A DNA stretch of 61,824 nt, the filler included, from Rhabdomonas costata (taxonomy: Eukaryota), in NCBI GenBank assembly GCA_019059605.1. It is 27 parts of 27 records of this genome, joined end to end, with 100 filler letters (N's around TTAATTAATTAA, not from the genome) between each part and the next. Parts side by side here need not be neighbours in the genome. Positions count along the whole stretch, not along the records: positions 48,176 to 50,367 come from JAHMHO010004945.1; positions 50,468 to 52,660 come from JAHMHO010004946.1; positions 52,761 to 54,952 come from JAHMHO010004947.1; positions 55,053 to 57,244 come from JAHMHO010004948.1; positions 57,345 to 59,536 come from JAHMHO010004949.1; positions 59,637 to 61,824 come from JAHMHO010004950.1; 21 more parts are not named here. One strand, written 5' to 3'. How positions within the stretch are numbered: position 1 is the stretch's first letter; each line of letters begins with the position of its first letter. The notes beneath the pieces are model-generated. The model made no database searches. It was not told where the DNA came from and saw only the letters and a list, made by a program, of their open reading frames with translations. A program made the translations under genes and the position numbers. This document shows positions 48,176 to 60,263 of the stretch, piece by piece.

Positions 48176-50367
48176 GGTGGGTCCGACCTCCGGCACCCCA
48201 GCCTGGTGCACACCGTGGGCCGCGCCGACGGGTTCATCATCACAGAGATGGTGCACCCCGGCTCGCTGCGATGGGTGGTCTCCACCTTCGGGGCCTTGGA
48301 GGTCGGACCCTCCCATTTGTGTGGCACCATTGTGCAAAAAAAGAAAGTGAAGAGAAGAAAGGGAAAAATCGGTACCCCATTCCTCCAGCCTCGTTTGGCT
48401 GAGATGTATTCGACGTAGACTTCAGTGTTCCCCGATGTCCCCGGATGTATGGGTGGCCATCAGGCACTCACAGATAAAACTGTCACAAAATGGTGAGATG
48501 GAGAAGATTGTAACCCTCACTCCTCGCCACATTCATGTATATTATTGTATCTTTTTAGATCATTGTCACCAAACCATCAAAGGCGCGAAACCAAAGACAA
48601 ATGAGATCAAACCAAATCAACACCAAATCAGAGGACCACCACATTGTTTCGACGATATCTTGCGGTGAGTTGCGGGATTAATGTAAAATCCCAAGAATAC
48701 TTTACACCAGAAAATTCTGGCGGGATATTAGGGTGCCTACTAAACGTAGGCGGTGGTGTTTTCACTACCTGCGCCGTATGCGCATCATCACGCTCACGCT
48801 GATGTCAACTTCGGTAGCGGTTTCCAATTATCCGCAAGTGCCGGTTATGTGGACGAAATCTGGTGGTCAAACTTCCATGCCCGTAGGTTGAAAATGTGTT
48901 CCGCCCAGAACCAGCCACGGGGAGACCTCATGTGAGTGCTGTGGGTGCTCCCTTTTTGCGGAAGTAGAAGTAGAGCAAAATATCCTGAAAGTCAGAAGGC
49001 CATGAGGCTATGCCTCATTTTGGGTGTCTGGGTTGGGTGACTGATGCTGGCAAAATAATGGGTATGGGTAACGTCCTCCTGGCTGTTTTTCTGTGTGTGA
49101 CATGTATTCTCCCTCTTGGCCAGGAGCAGACGATGGCCCGGTACGTGGCGCAGATCGTTGAAGCGTTGGCCTTCCTGCACCGCCTTGCGCACGTCCACGG
49201 GGACGTCGCCAGCCCGGACAAGGCCCTCGTAGACAGCCGGGGGGTGGTAAAGCTGGTCTGGTTCGGGCCTCCTTCGGCGGCCTCAACGGCACCTCGGGTA
49301 CACGCAAACACACAGACCCACACTTGGACACAACCGCCTACCCCTTACCTGTTCACAAACACACACACACGCCCTTGGCACAGGAGGTTGTGATGCGACC
49401 ACCATTAGCTATTTGCGAGAGTATTATGAAATGCCCAGTTTCGTGATTGCTGTCCTCTGCTCTTCCCTCTGCTAAGTTATTCCCAATTCTTCCACTCTCC
49501 ACTGTTCTTCGGTGTTCTTCGGTGTTCTTCGGATGTTGTGTTGTCGATTGCTTTAAGTAGTGTTTAAGAGTTGAAGACACTCGCACTCCTATTCCCTTGT
49601 TCCGCAGTGGATACTGGAACCCCGTTTTTACCGTGTGAGCGTTACGTTTATGCCGTGTGAACCTACATTATACAACAGCCATTGCTAAAGCACAGCTAAC
49701 GAATATTGGTTCCACATGATGACCGGTGTTCTGCCGCGGAAAGTGAAATATACAAAGCACAGAAGCATGGCGTGTGAGCAGGAAAGCGAGTTACAAAATG
49801 GAACAATAAATTATAGAGGAACCAGACAGCGTGAACATAAGCAAGGCAATCACCAGCCATTGATATCGAAGACCTACTCAATGCAAGATCAAAAACCGGA
49901 GGAGAGACGCATCAGCCCCGTATTATCCAGACAAAAAGAAAAGGGGGTACGGGGGGGGAGCACCGGCTTGCCAGGGAAAGGTCCGGCCACGCAGCGTTGC
50001 GTGAGGTCCATTGCACATGGAAAGGACCCCGGGCTACTGCCGCCTTTCATTCCTAACCTTACCGCAAAATTTAGCCAGAAATTCTGAAGGAACTCTGCGC
50101 TAGTTCTGTGTATGGGAACAGGAGAAGACGCCAAGTGGGGATGTTAAGCCAAAAAGGTCGCATGTGAGAGGTGGAGTGAGGTGTAATTGCGGTATAATTT
50201 GTCAGTTTCTCTTCTCTTGTGTTCTCTCTATATCTCTGTGTGTGCGCATGTTTATTTAGGACGGTGGGGTTGGGCCGTGGGTGGCGCCTGAAGTCGCCTC
50301 CTCGCGGGTCTACGGCCACCCTGCCGACGTGTGGGGTCTGGGCGCCCTGGTCGTCATCTTGGCCACA
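48176..50367 (+). CDS. STE11/MAP3K-like protein kinase fold with degenerate catalytic motifs (exons ..48176-48301, 49124-49297, 50260-50367..)
   Basis: LRHPSLV..ITEMVHPGSL..FGALE|EQTMARYVAQIVEALAFLH..VHGDVASPDKALVDSRGVVKLVWFG..WVAPEV..YGHPADVWGLGALV; junctions in phase. Confidence 0.85.
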
Positions 50368-50467
50368 NNNNNNNNNNNNNNNNNNNNNNNNNNNNNNNNN
50401 NNNNNNNNNNNTTAATTAATTAANNNNNNNNNNNNNNNNNNNNNNNNNNNNNNNNNNNNNNNNNNNN

Positions 50468-52660
50468 GGTGGTGGTTGAAGGCCTTTGTACTCGCCACGT
50501 GCCGAATTAACTGCTCGTCTGTGTCAATTGCAGACGACTGGTTTCAGGTAGTGATGAAGTGATCCATATTTGCGGCACGGTCTGTGACTGTCAGAACCGC
50601 GTCGTAGGTCCTCTAATCCCGCTGAATCGGCGGAATCTAGACAATACGTCCATGCCGATCAACTGCCATTTCTGGGTTGTAATTGAAACTCGTTCCATCA
50701 GTACTCGAGGCTTCTGATGATCAGATTTGGCATGTTGGCACGTTGCATAAATCAATGTGTTTTAGAACAGTGTTTGGAATGAGGACCGACGTTGGATTAT
50801 GCTGACTGTCAAATGAATCCCCCAGTGACCCGCGACGATCGGATGGTGGTCCTCGGTAATAATCTCATTCACCCAATTCTTCGGTATGAGGATTTTGTCA
50901 TCGGCCAAAAGTCAGCCGTACTTGTAGTGCTTCCGCTTGTCCTCATGAAACTCGTTGGTTTTGAGATAGAAAATATATTCGAAGATTTAGTAGTCTTACA
51001 TCCAGTCGTCCAACAGGATTCAAGCTGGTTCAGCGAAACACACAAACACATTATTGGAGAGTGTCGGATGGGTGTTACCCATCTCCTGTTGCTCGCGCAT
51101 GCGTGAGAGAATGTCGGAGACAACATTCAACTTACCCGGAATGTTGGTGATGGTCAAATTGAATTCCTACAATCGATGCAATTTAGCCAGCGAATTTGGC
51201 GTGGTCACGGCTTTTTCATGGTGTAAAGGTACAGGATGCAAGTGTTTTTGGTCAATACTTTGACTTTGGCATAATGGAAGTAGTTCTTCAAAAGGTCGAC
51301 TGTTGACTAGTGCCAGCAGTTCTATTTCGTGTGTATGGTAATTAACTTCATGTTTATTCAACATTTAAGAGGTGCACAACCAGGGGAAGAATATATGAGT
51401 CATCACTCCTGCACAAAATTGCTCCGATGCCTGTTGCTGAAGCTTCGGTGTAATGAGTGAAGGGGTTGTTCAGGTTTGTAAAGTCCAAAACAACATACCA
51501 AAGAAGGTAGGACTTCAGTCCATAGAATGCTTGGTATCAAGTGCTACGGCTTTTTCTTTGCCAACGTCGAAAGTGTGTTAACATCGAAAACTTACCCCCT
51601 CGAATTAGTGACCGAATAAACGAATCCGAGGGGTTTGGATCCATTTTGCGATAGGAAGCCTGGAACTCTGGGCGCGTGTGAAGAGGTTTTTATATGTAAC
51701 AATGAACAGAACGAGATAACTGGAAAGACTCTGGCGTGGAGTTGGGTTGGGAACTGATTGATGAGGTCGATGTAGTGCTGGTGTCTGTGTGGGTGTGTTG
51801 GGTGGTTGTGAAGTGGAGCTCACGTGGTTGGAGAGGCATGTCTGGCCGCCACCGCATTTGGGTGCAGTGCTGGTGCTTCCTGCTTCCACTCATGTCTTGG
51901 ATGCTTTGGTGCTGCAACATCCAGTTGTAGTTTCATGGTGCAATTACTCGCGAAGTGTCCTCTTCGTCGGCAGTTGAAGCATTCGGCGTCTTGAGATGAC
52001 CCGTGTCTCGGTTGGGAACTCATTCCGTTGCCACGACAGGATTGTTGGGTCCAGAACAATGACGGGATGGTGGGCCAAATTCTCTTGGTTGATTTTCCGG
52101 TTGACACGTTTTTGTGGGTGGTGTCTGGCCTCGGCCCCGTCCACATGAAGTCCAACCGATGCCACCGTACCTGATGTAGCTGCGCCCACACCACCTTCCT
52201 GCGGATAGCGGTCGAAAACGTGGTGGGAAAACTGTCCGGGGTATTGGTGTGGCACAATGCTGGAACCTTCCGTATATCGACTTGCACGATGGTGACCGGC
52301 ACTCGGGTTTACCTTCTGTCTTTGGTAAGCTGGTTGATTTCTTCGACTCGCACGGCAAGCGGTCCACAAAACTCAGGTGCGTAACAGGAGTTCTGTAAAA
52401 GGTGGGGCATTCTATGACGTTTGCTGTTGCCATCTGTTCTGTTGCTTTTAGAAAAACTGCCGATTCTTACTTGCGATGAACTAGCCTGCCTCTCTGGACA
52501 AAACGTCAAGCTTTTTGTGAATCTTGGTAAGTACCTTTGAGTTCGCTTGTTCGACGTAGCTCTTTCAGTGAGTAGTAGGGCCCAGATGTCCAGATCAAGC
52601 CAACTCGAAGGCTTGATTCAACGTCGCATTCTTGCCCTGTGATACAAGAAAACCAAACCC
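50468..52660 (-). mobile_element. Decayed Ty3/Gypsy LTR retrotransposon internal region (gag zinc knuckle, RNase H, integrase)
   Basis: CFNCRRRGHFASNC (51940-51981); LNKHEVNYHTHEIELLALV and IPGKLNVVSDILSR (RNase H); WQLIGMDV and YDAVLTVTDRAANMDHFI (integrase); RH-before-IN order; many stops and frameshifts. Confidence 0.88.
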
Positions 52661-52957
52661 NNNNNNNNNNNNNNNNNNNNNNNNNNNNNNNNNNNNNNNN
52701 NNNNTTAATTAATTAANNNNNNNNNNNNNNNNNNNNNNNNNNNNNNNNNNNNNNNNNNNNTTGTTGGGTTCACTATTCTTTCAGACCCAGGCGCAATTTG
52801 TTTGAAGGACATGGTCGTGGGTGACTTCGTCAACTGAGCGGCATTTTGGATAAGCACCATGCCATGCGGCAGCGCATGGATGGGAAAGGTGGGAGGGGTG
52901 GACTGGGGAAAAGAACAAGGGGTAGAGAGTAGAGTAGAGAGTAGGGTAGAGAATCAC

Positions 52958-53624
52958 CTTGTGGTCTCCCAAATCGCGCAGAATCCCCAGAAGGGTGGGA
53001 ATCACACCGGCCTCCACAAACCGCGGCACGAGCTTGCTGCCGTGCTCACTGCAGTTTCTAAGCGGGGGTGGGCGGCACTCAGAAGGGCCACCGTGGAATC
53101 ACAGCACACGGAACATACCCATAATTCTATACCTTCTTGGGGTTTGGCTTGAGTTTCCCATAATAGATTGAAAAGAACAATAAAAAAGTCCAGAAAACAA
53201 ACCAGGGTCAACATACACGACCCCATAGTGCACATAGCTTTGTCAGAGCTGTTGTGGCGCCAGTGGAATTGGCGGTGACCTGTCCCATCAAGACATTCCG
53301 AAATTACCAGGACTGTTGGCGTCCCAACATGTTTACTCCCACTACTGGGTTACTCTGCTTTCTACTTTTCACATTCAAAAGCGCGGCGCAGTGTTTCCTC
53401 AGTGGTTCCGGTGCCCTCCGATGCACTCCACAAACAAGGTAACCTCAGGCACCCCGTGAGCTGCATCAGCAGCGCGATGCCCGCCCGGGGCACCGCGGAG
53501 GGCGATGACTCCGTCGCAGACGGAGGGGATGCAGAGGAGCCCATGGACGCCACAGGGGCGGAGGCAGAGGAGAGCGAGCGCAGGGTCTCCACCAGTGTGG
53601 CCTGCAGGACGTCCACCAGGATTT
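52958..53624 (-). CDS. Armadillo-repeat protein (ARMC2-like), partial
   Basis: Spliced LLMQLTGCLR|NCSEHGSKLVPRFVEAGVIPTLLGILRDLGDHK fits an ARM repeat; AG|A junction in phase. Confidence 0.55.
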
Positions 53625-55269
53625 CTGTGGGGGAAAGAGAGGGGCTGCACCTTTTTAACATTCCACATTCCACACCTTCTGCCCGAGATTTGAATGGTGG
53701 CCAAAGATGGATGGAAATGCTGCTGCGTGGACGGGGAAGGAATCTTGCCTCTTACACCTCCTCCCGCCTATGCCCACAGTGTGTAGTGTGTGGTGGGGGA
53801 TTCAGATCTCGAAAGTGCAACCCACACGTTATTACACCCAACCAATGAAATCCAACTGCATTCCCCCCCCACACACACACACAAGCAAGGGCTGCATTGG
53901 GTGGGGTAGGGGGTGGTGTCCACTCGAGGGCAAAGTGGCATAGCAGACGGGAACAATTGCTTATGTAAACTTCTTGAAGGTTCTCGGTGAGACTAAAGTT
54001 ACGAAAGTAATCCACCAGAGACCATTCAATTGCAAAATTTTCCCGTAATAAGTATCACCAAGTATTTGACTTTCTTGTTTCCACTGCCACTTTCCCTCTG
54101 AGTTACAATAACAAGACCAATTCGTATCTGAAAACTATGCACCGTTGCTTTTGAAGGTAAGCCAACACACAGGAACAATGGGTGACAATGGTGCAAAGAG
54201 CCTACATAGCAGAGACACGAGGGGCAAAGATGTGCACAGGGTCGAGACAGCCCTAACTCTCCTTCTTCCGAACCATCGAATCAGGAATGTCCACGACCTG
54301 ATTTACAGAGCAAAACGACACACAGAAACAGAAAGAGAGTAAAGAAAGAAAGAAAGCGCTTCCAACACTTCGTTCCCCAAACACAACGCGATCCCACGAA
54401 TTCCGCTTTTCACATCTTCAGGTCGCAGCTGAACGCAGCTGTCCATCAACAATCATCCGTATTTAACTTTGCGCCTGAAAGTGGGGATTCTATAAATGAC
54501 AGCGAGAGGCCTCTAAGACAGCGGCAGACCGAAGCATTCCGGCCCGCTCCGGAGCCAGCATGCAGTATTCTTGCAGGTGGGTCATATCTCGGCGTGTATC
54601 CGAAGGCTGAGAAGTGGCCAACTGCCATACATCGACCTCGACCCGTCACACTCCCTCGAGTTCAAAGGTCCGCGTTGGGTCTCCAGTTGTCTGGTCCATT
54701 CCAGGAGTGCCGATGGGTTATGTCCCCCAACGAGGAGGGTGACGCTTCAGGCCAAAATATGTGGTCTTACGACCCTGTTTCCGGTGAAGCCCCCAGTGGC
54801 TCAAGAGACTAAATAGCTCCCACGGAAGGAACCCCAAAACATTGTTAAGAAAACGAACTGAATGCTGCAGTCATCTTGCAGTCATACGAGTCGATTTGAA
54901 GCAGTTAGGGAAGCAAAAAACAATGGGGGGGGGGGCCGAGATGGAGGAGGGGNNNNNNNNNNNNNNNNNNNNNNNNNNNNNNNNNNNNNNNNNNNNTTAA
55001 TTAATTAANNNNNNNNNNNNNNNNNNNNNNNNNNNNNNNNNNNNNNNNNNNNGGTTGGTTGTCAACTCAGCAAATGCTTGCATCTCTCTTTCCTGTCAGG
55101 TTCCTTTTTGGTTTCCGCGTCATCCGCTGCGGTGTGCTCTCCTCAGCGTAATCCGCTCGTGCGCTTCTTCGTTCACTTTAACGTTCTCAGGTTCTCTGCG
55201 CACACAGAGGCGCAAACTAAACGCCTGGGGGGGAGCCACATTGAAGTCGGTTGTATGGGTGGCGAACAC

Positions 55270-56735
55270 CTAAAAACTTCGCATTTCGCCCGATGGTGGG
55301 GCCCATAATTGAGCCGAATTGCGCGCCCCACGTGATCAGTCCAAAGCCCGACCGCGCAGTATTGAGGTCGAAGATAGAATTCACGAAAGACCTGAGCAAA
55401 AAGAACGTGGATGGTGGATGGTTTCAGCACCTGGTCTGCGCGCCATATTGAGTGCGCATTCGGGCCTGGTACCAATACATTGACCGCAAAAGTCGACCGA
55501 CAATACAATAGGTCACATGATGAAAACCACAACTATCTCCTCTCCACATCACAGTCAGGAGAGCCAAATTTTGAGACCAATTGTCAAGGCAAAAAATGGG
55601 AAAGAATAAGAAAAAGAAGAATGAAATACCGTTGGAAAGGGGTGTTGAGAAAGAAAAACAGTCAAGGAGAAGCAGCAACCAGAACATGGGCACGCAGAGC
55701 GAGCCGAAGGACTCAATGCTGACATAGATCAACCATCCCAAAAGACGATCGGGGCTGGCAGGGAGCGCGTCGTCCACGCCGAGCCCAGGGACGCTCAGCG
55801 CGATGGCCACGAAGAAGAACAAAATCCTATGCGTCCCGGAAAGTGCGAAGTGCAGGCTGGGGCATCAGGAGCACTCTCTGCACCACACAGTGCCCATGTT
55901 TCAGCCGGTGCTCTTCACAAAGCTGACAGAATGGAAATGCAGCACAAGTAAGTAATGTTGCTTTTTTTTTGTTGCTCCTTCATTTTGTCATCATTGCCAA
56001 ATAAATTCACAAAGACTTGAAAAGACAACAAACTGAACAGAAATCATGACAGTGTTGTCACTCGTTTTCTGGTCGCCTTTTATGGGCTGCTCATGATCGT
56101 GTAATAGTGTGCTGATCTGTTCAAAAGATCGCTTGTTTTCTCCAACGGGTCATTTATTCCAGCCAATACCAGCCAATAGCCATCAGTCAAATGCAAATCA
56201 CCGATGCGCGCACACCCGTAGGCACCACACACGACGTAAAAGATGCGGTGCTTCTCCAGTAGGTCAACCAGCTTGGAGTAGCCCAGGATCAGTGGAATCA
56301 TAACAACAAATGATAACATCTTGGCTTTGGGAATGTTGGCCGCACCTGTGATCTTCATGAACAGGGCATCCTGTGTGAATTGAGATTGTGTTGTTAACCA
56401 AGGGTGGTGTAGTCGACCCTTGTTTCCTTCAGCACAACGCGCTTTTCTGAAAGACGAGTCCTGCTCTGAAGAGCAAGGGAATCCAATATGCCAAGCACGG
56501 TGACGTCAGCCGAATACAACATCAAACGCTATATAACAAAAATGTGAAAAACCTTTTGAGTGCGAAGCAGCCAATAGGTGCCAACGATGAACATGAACGT
56601 TAGTGAGAGCATGGCAATCTTCCGGTACTCTTCTCTCGGAAGATCTCCCCAGAGCTGCCGACGCACCCTCTCCAACAAGCCCACGGGTCGGGACGCCTTG
56701 AGCTGGGACTCATGGTCATCCTCCAATGAGGTCAT
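55270..56735 (-). CDS. NTT/TLC family ATP/ADP (nucleotide) transporter, 5' part (exons 56735-56553, 56370-56216, 55826-55680, 55391-55270)
   Basis: LWGDLPREEYRKIAMLSLTFMFIVGTYWLLRTQK|DALF..NIPKAKMLS..YSKLVDLLEKHRIFY..GWLIYVSIESFGSLCVPMFW|SFVNSI..GAQFGSIMGP; the conserved NTT K(D) and E...FW motifs are present; all junctions in phase. Confidence 0.9.
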
Positions 56736-58113
56736 CACGCGATAAGCAGGTCTCTGCGTTGTGTGGTGAGCAAACAAGAGACACCAGACGACAAAAGAAA
56801 ACTCAATAAAAGAAAACTCAATAAGGTTCCTGATCAAGTAAAGCAACCATAGTCATGAATAAAAAGCAGGCACATAAGAAATGACTCCCACTGAACAAAG
56901 AAACCAAAGAAACATGTGCGCTTTCGTATTAATCGCACACTATTGCCGTGCTAAAACCGCCAGAATAATGTGGTTATTTTCCCCATCTTTATGGACCTGC
57001 GAGAGCATTCAAACTGGTCTGGTACACATAGCCTGCGCACCCTTGGACCATTTTAAGCTGGATAATTAAAAGTTAAACCATTGACTTTGAATCCGCGAAC
57101 TAAAATTTCAGCACTTTTGCTGAAATAGGATGGTGAACCTTGTCTCCACAACGCAACACAACCGCCTGTGTCATGGGGTGCAGCAGACTATTCGGAACAT
57201 TTGAAAATTTTTTCGGTTTTAAAACCAAATGGGAACCAACAAAANNNNNNNNNNNNNNNNNNNNNNNNNNNNNNNNNNNNNNNNNNNNTTAATTAATTAA
57301 NNNNNNNNNNNNNNNNNNNNNNNNNNNNNNNNNNNNNNNNNNNNGGGGTTGTTGTCGAAGAGGTAGGAAAGGGAAATCTGTCCAGTTGCGAAGGCGGAGG
57401 CAGCCGAGGCACACGCCGAAATAGCTGTGAACTCTGGCTGACGGCTTGTTGACTCTCGCGAGTTCAGCTGGTACATCCATTCCTGAAAAGAAATAGCCCG
57501 CATCTGTATTGAAGCAAACTGTGGAGAGAAAACTTATCCAATGCGAACTATTGCTGCCAACCTCGGAACATAGCACACGAAAGGGAAGATTCATGATTGG
57601 CAAAGTGTTGGAGGGCGAAGCCTAAGCAGGTCCGGGGGTATTTTCTGTGTACAGTGGGCCTCCAGCAACGCTGGCAGGTCGTGGCAGGTCTCTTCTTTCT
57701 TTTATCTTGTTCCGCTTCTTTCCCCAGCGCAGCGGAGGGTTTATCGACGGCCATCAACGTATGAACAAAACCCACCTGCCTCTCTGCCTCTACACCTGTG
57801 AAAGGCCCCCAGGCACATGGCTTTCCAGAGTCAAAGGCCAATTCGAACCATATCATCTTCTGGCCTATTTTTTCCCACTTTGACCCATTCTTAAAATCAT
57901 CGGCACAGTGCTGGCGACAAACAGCAGCGCCACACACGGGGAAGGAGAAAAGAACAACGGAAGTTCAGTGCGCTTCGGCAACGACCGGAAATACAGAAAA
58001 CCCTGAGGAAGGATAGGCGCAACGTCCTACACCCAAGGCGTGGTTTTCAAGATTGCCCAACATTAGTGACCCAACCGCACCTAATTATGGCGGAAGCACT
58101 GCATACAGGATAC

Positions 58114-59069
58114 CTGGTCCCCGGCAGGGCTCGGAAACTCATTCAGAGGGCGGTGGCACGGCAGTACGCGCACGGCGGGCCCCCGCAGTGCCCCCGCAGG
58201 CACACACCGGATATGGCAGCTGACCTGAAAGAACAAAAAGGAAAGGAAAGGAAACCAAGTGGAGGTCACATGATCGAAAGTGCAGAAGGTGAAGAGGCAC
58301 ATAATTTTTTTCGGGGGGGGGGGTTGCACTTTAGACGGTGTTAAACGGGTTTTGTTCTTGCTTCGCACGTTTATTCATCATTCCGCGTAGCGGCTGGAAC
58401 CGGTTGTCTGCAGTGGGTCATATACTGGCTTCGCTCAGTAGTGCCATGCAATAGAGGGTGCTAAAGATTTAGCAAATGACCTAACTTTCGCATTTCGCCT
58501 CCCTCCCACCCGACAGTGAGGAAAATATCTGCATGCCCTTGGTCTCCCTTCTTTTGTCTTTTGTGAATGGTGGTGATCACCTGCTTTGCGACGGTCTCCG
58601 TGATCAGCAAGGGCACCCCAAGGGCCTTGCACGCCACCTTCTGCAGCGCCACCGCCTGCCCCACGGCCTCCCCCACCACAACAAACCACTTCACCACATC
58701 GCTCCCCATGTTCCCAAAGGTCACCGTGGAGCTGGCAATGCCCACCCGAACTCCAAGCGAAGCCGCTTCGCGGGACGCTGGCTCAATGAGAAGCGAAAAT
58801 GGAGTCTGCTCTGAAGATGCTTGCTGCGGAGGAGACGGGGGGCTCAAGTTGTCTAAAGTGAAATTCACGCTGAGTTCAGCACGTGTAATGCTCCACTTCG
58901 CCACCACCTCGAGAGCGCACATCACCGCATGGTACTCAGCCCTTGGCAGCCGCCGGGGGACGTTGAACAGTGCAAAGACGCGATCTCCAAACACCTTGTC
59001 CACCAATCCACGGTGGAGGGTGACATGCTCGTGAACTATCTCGATGTACCGCTGAAAAATCTGTCCCAA
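58114..59069 (-). CDS. Degenerate class III nucleotide cyclase domain, paralog B (exons 59069-58581, 58224-58114)
   Basis: GLVDKVFGDRVFALFNVP, HAVMCALEV, VRVGIASSTVTFGNMGSD, GEAVGQAVALQ; same intron positions as paralog A. Confidence 0.85.
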
Positions 59070-60014
59070 CTGCGCAAAAGGAGGTAACTCGATCATAACA
59101 ACCCGAAAACGGCAGTAGTCTTTTTTCTTCGCTTTGCTTGCAACTTGCTGACTTCTCGGGTACCTTCAAGATCCAAAGACAAATTCACGGGAAATTCTCA
59201 GCCAGTTCCCCGCGACTGGTACGAAAGGTTCAACTTGCTAGCTGCAAAACGCACCAGGGGAAACATTTGAAGACACACACATCCCACTGAGGTTGACACT
59301 TGGATAGGGGATGGGGCAAAACTGCTGCTCAATTTCCAGAAAGATTGATGATGGCAATCGGTTTGAAAGCCTTGGGCTTCTTTCGAACTGTTTCTCTTGA
59401 AAAAAAGTAATCCTCAAAACCTCAAAAGTGCGAGACGAAAAACTGCTATCCAAAAAGTCAAATTTTGCGCTCACGGAGGGTTTTGGGAGTAAATATAATA
59501 GTAGATATCTTCCAATATAAACTTTCCCACAACACCNNNNNNNNNNNNNNNNNNNNNNNNNNNNNNNNNNNNNNNNNNNNTTAATTAATTAANNNNNNNN
59601 NNNNNNNNNNNNNNNNNNNNNNNNNNNNNNNNNNNNGGGTTTTTGGAGGTATGGCCTGTGCCAGGGGGGGGGGGAGGCTGGCATTCTCAACGTAGAAGTT
59701 TGTTGAGGGTCCGTTGGTCTTTGCCTGCCTGCCCACCTGCGTATTCACCCTCTTTCCAACGTTGCACCTCTCACCTCCCTCCCTCCTATCTGCCCACACA
59801 AACTCTTGCTCCGGTGCACAAAGTCAACAAAGTGGTCGGGCATGGCGAAGAACAAAGCAAAGCGCAGAGCCCAGATGCATCGATCACATGGAATTCTACA
59901 CAGACTTCCAATTGCCCGCGAATCGAGGGAACTGGTTATTGGACCTTCCCATCACACCTAGAACCATCTTTCTGAGCTGCGAAGGCAGCCCCCCTTTTCC
60001 CCTCCTCGAAAAAA

Positions 60015-60263
60015 ATGACTGCCCTGCCTCCGGACGTGCTGCGGTACATCTTTGGGTTTGCCCGGCGGCGGGCCTTCTGCCTGGTGTGCCGGCGGTGGTG
60101 TAGAGCATCCCACCTAAGGCACCTCTGTGGCTCCGCCTTCCCCACCCCGCGGGAGCTCAGCAGTTTTCCTGCCCAAGGGCCTCGTGTCTTGCCCTCCTGC
60201 CCTTCCCTTCCCGCTCCCCATTTCCCCTTCGTCCTTTCTTCGACCAGAAGCAAAGCTCTTTGA
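60015..60263 (+). CDS. N-terminal F-box motif ORF (first exon or gene fragment)
   Basis: MTALPPDVLRYIFGF....FCLVCRRW fits the F-box consensus LP.E/D.L..IF...VC+.W. Confidence 0.6.
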   Translation: MTALPPDVLRYIFGFARRRAFCLVCRRWCRASHLRHLCGSAFPTPRELSSFPAQGPRVLPSCPSLPAPHFPFVLSSTRSKAL

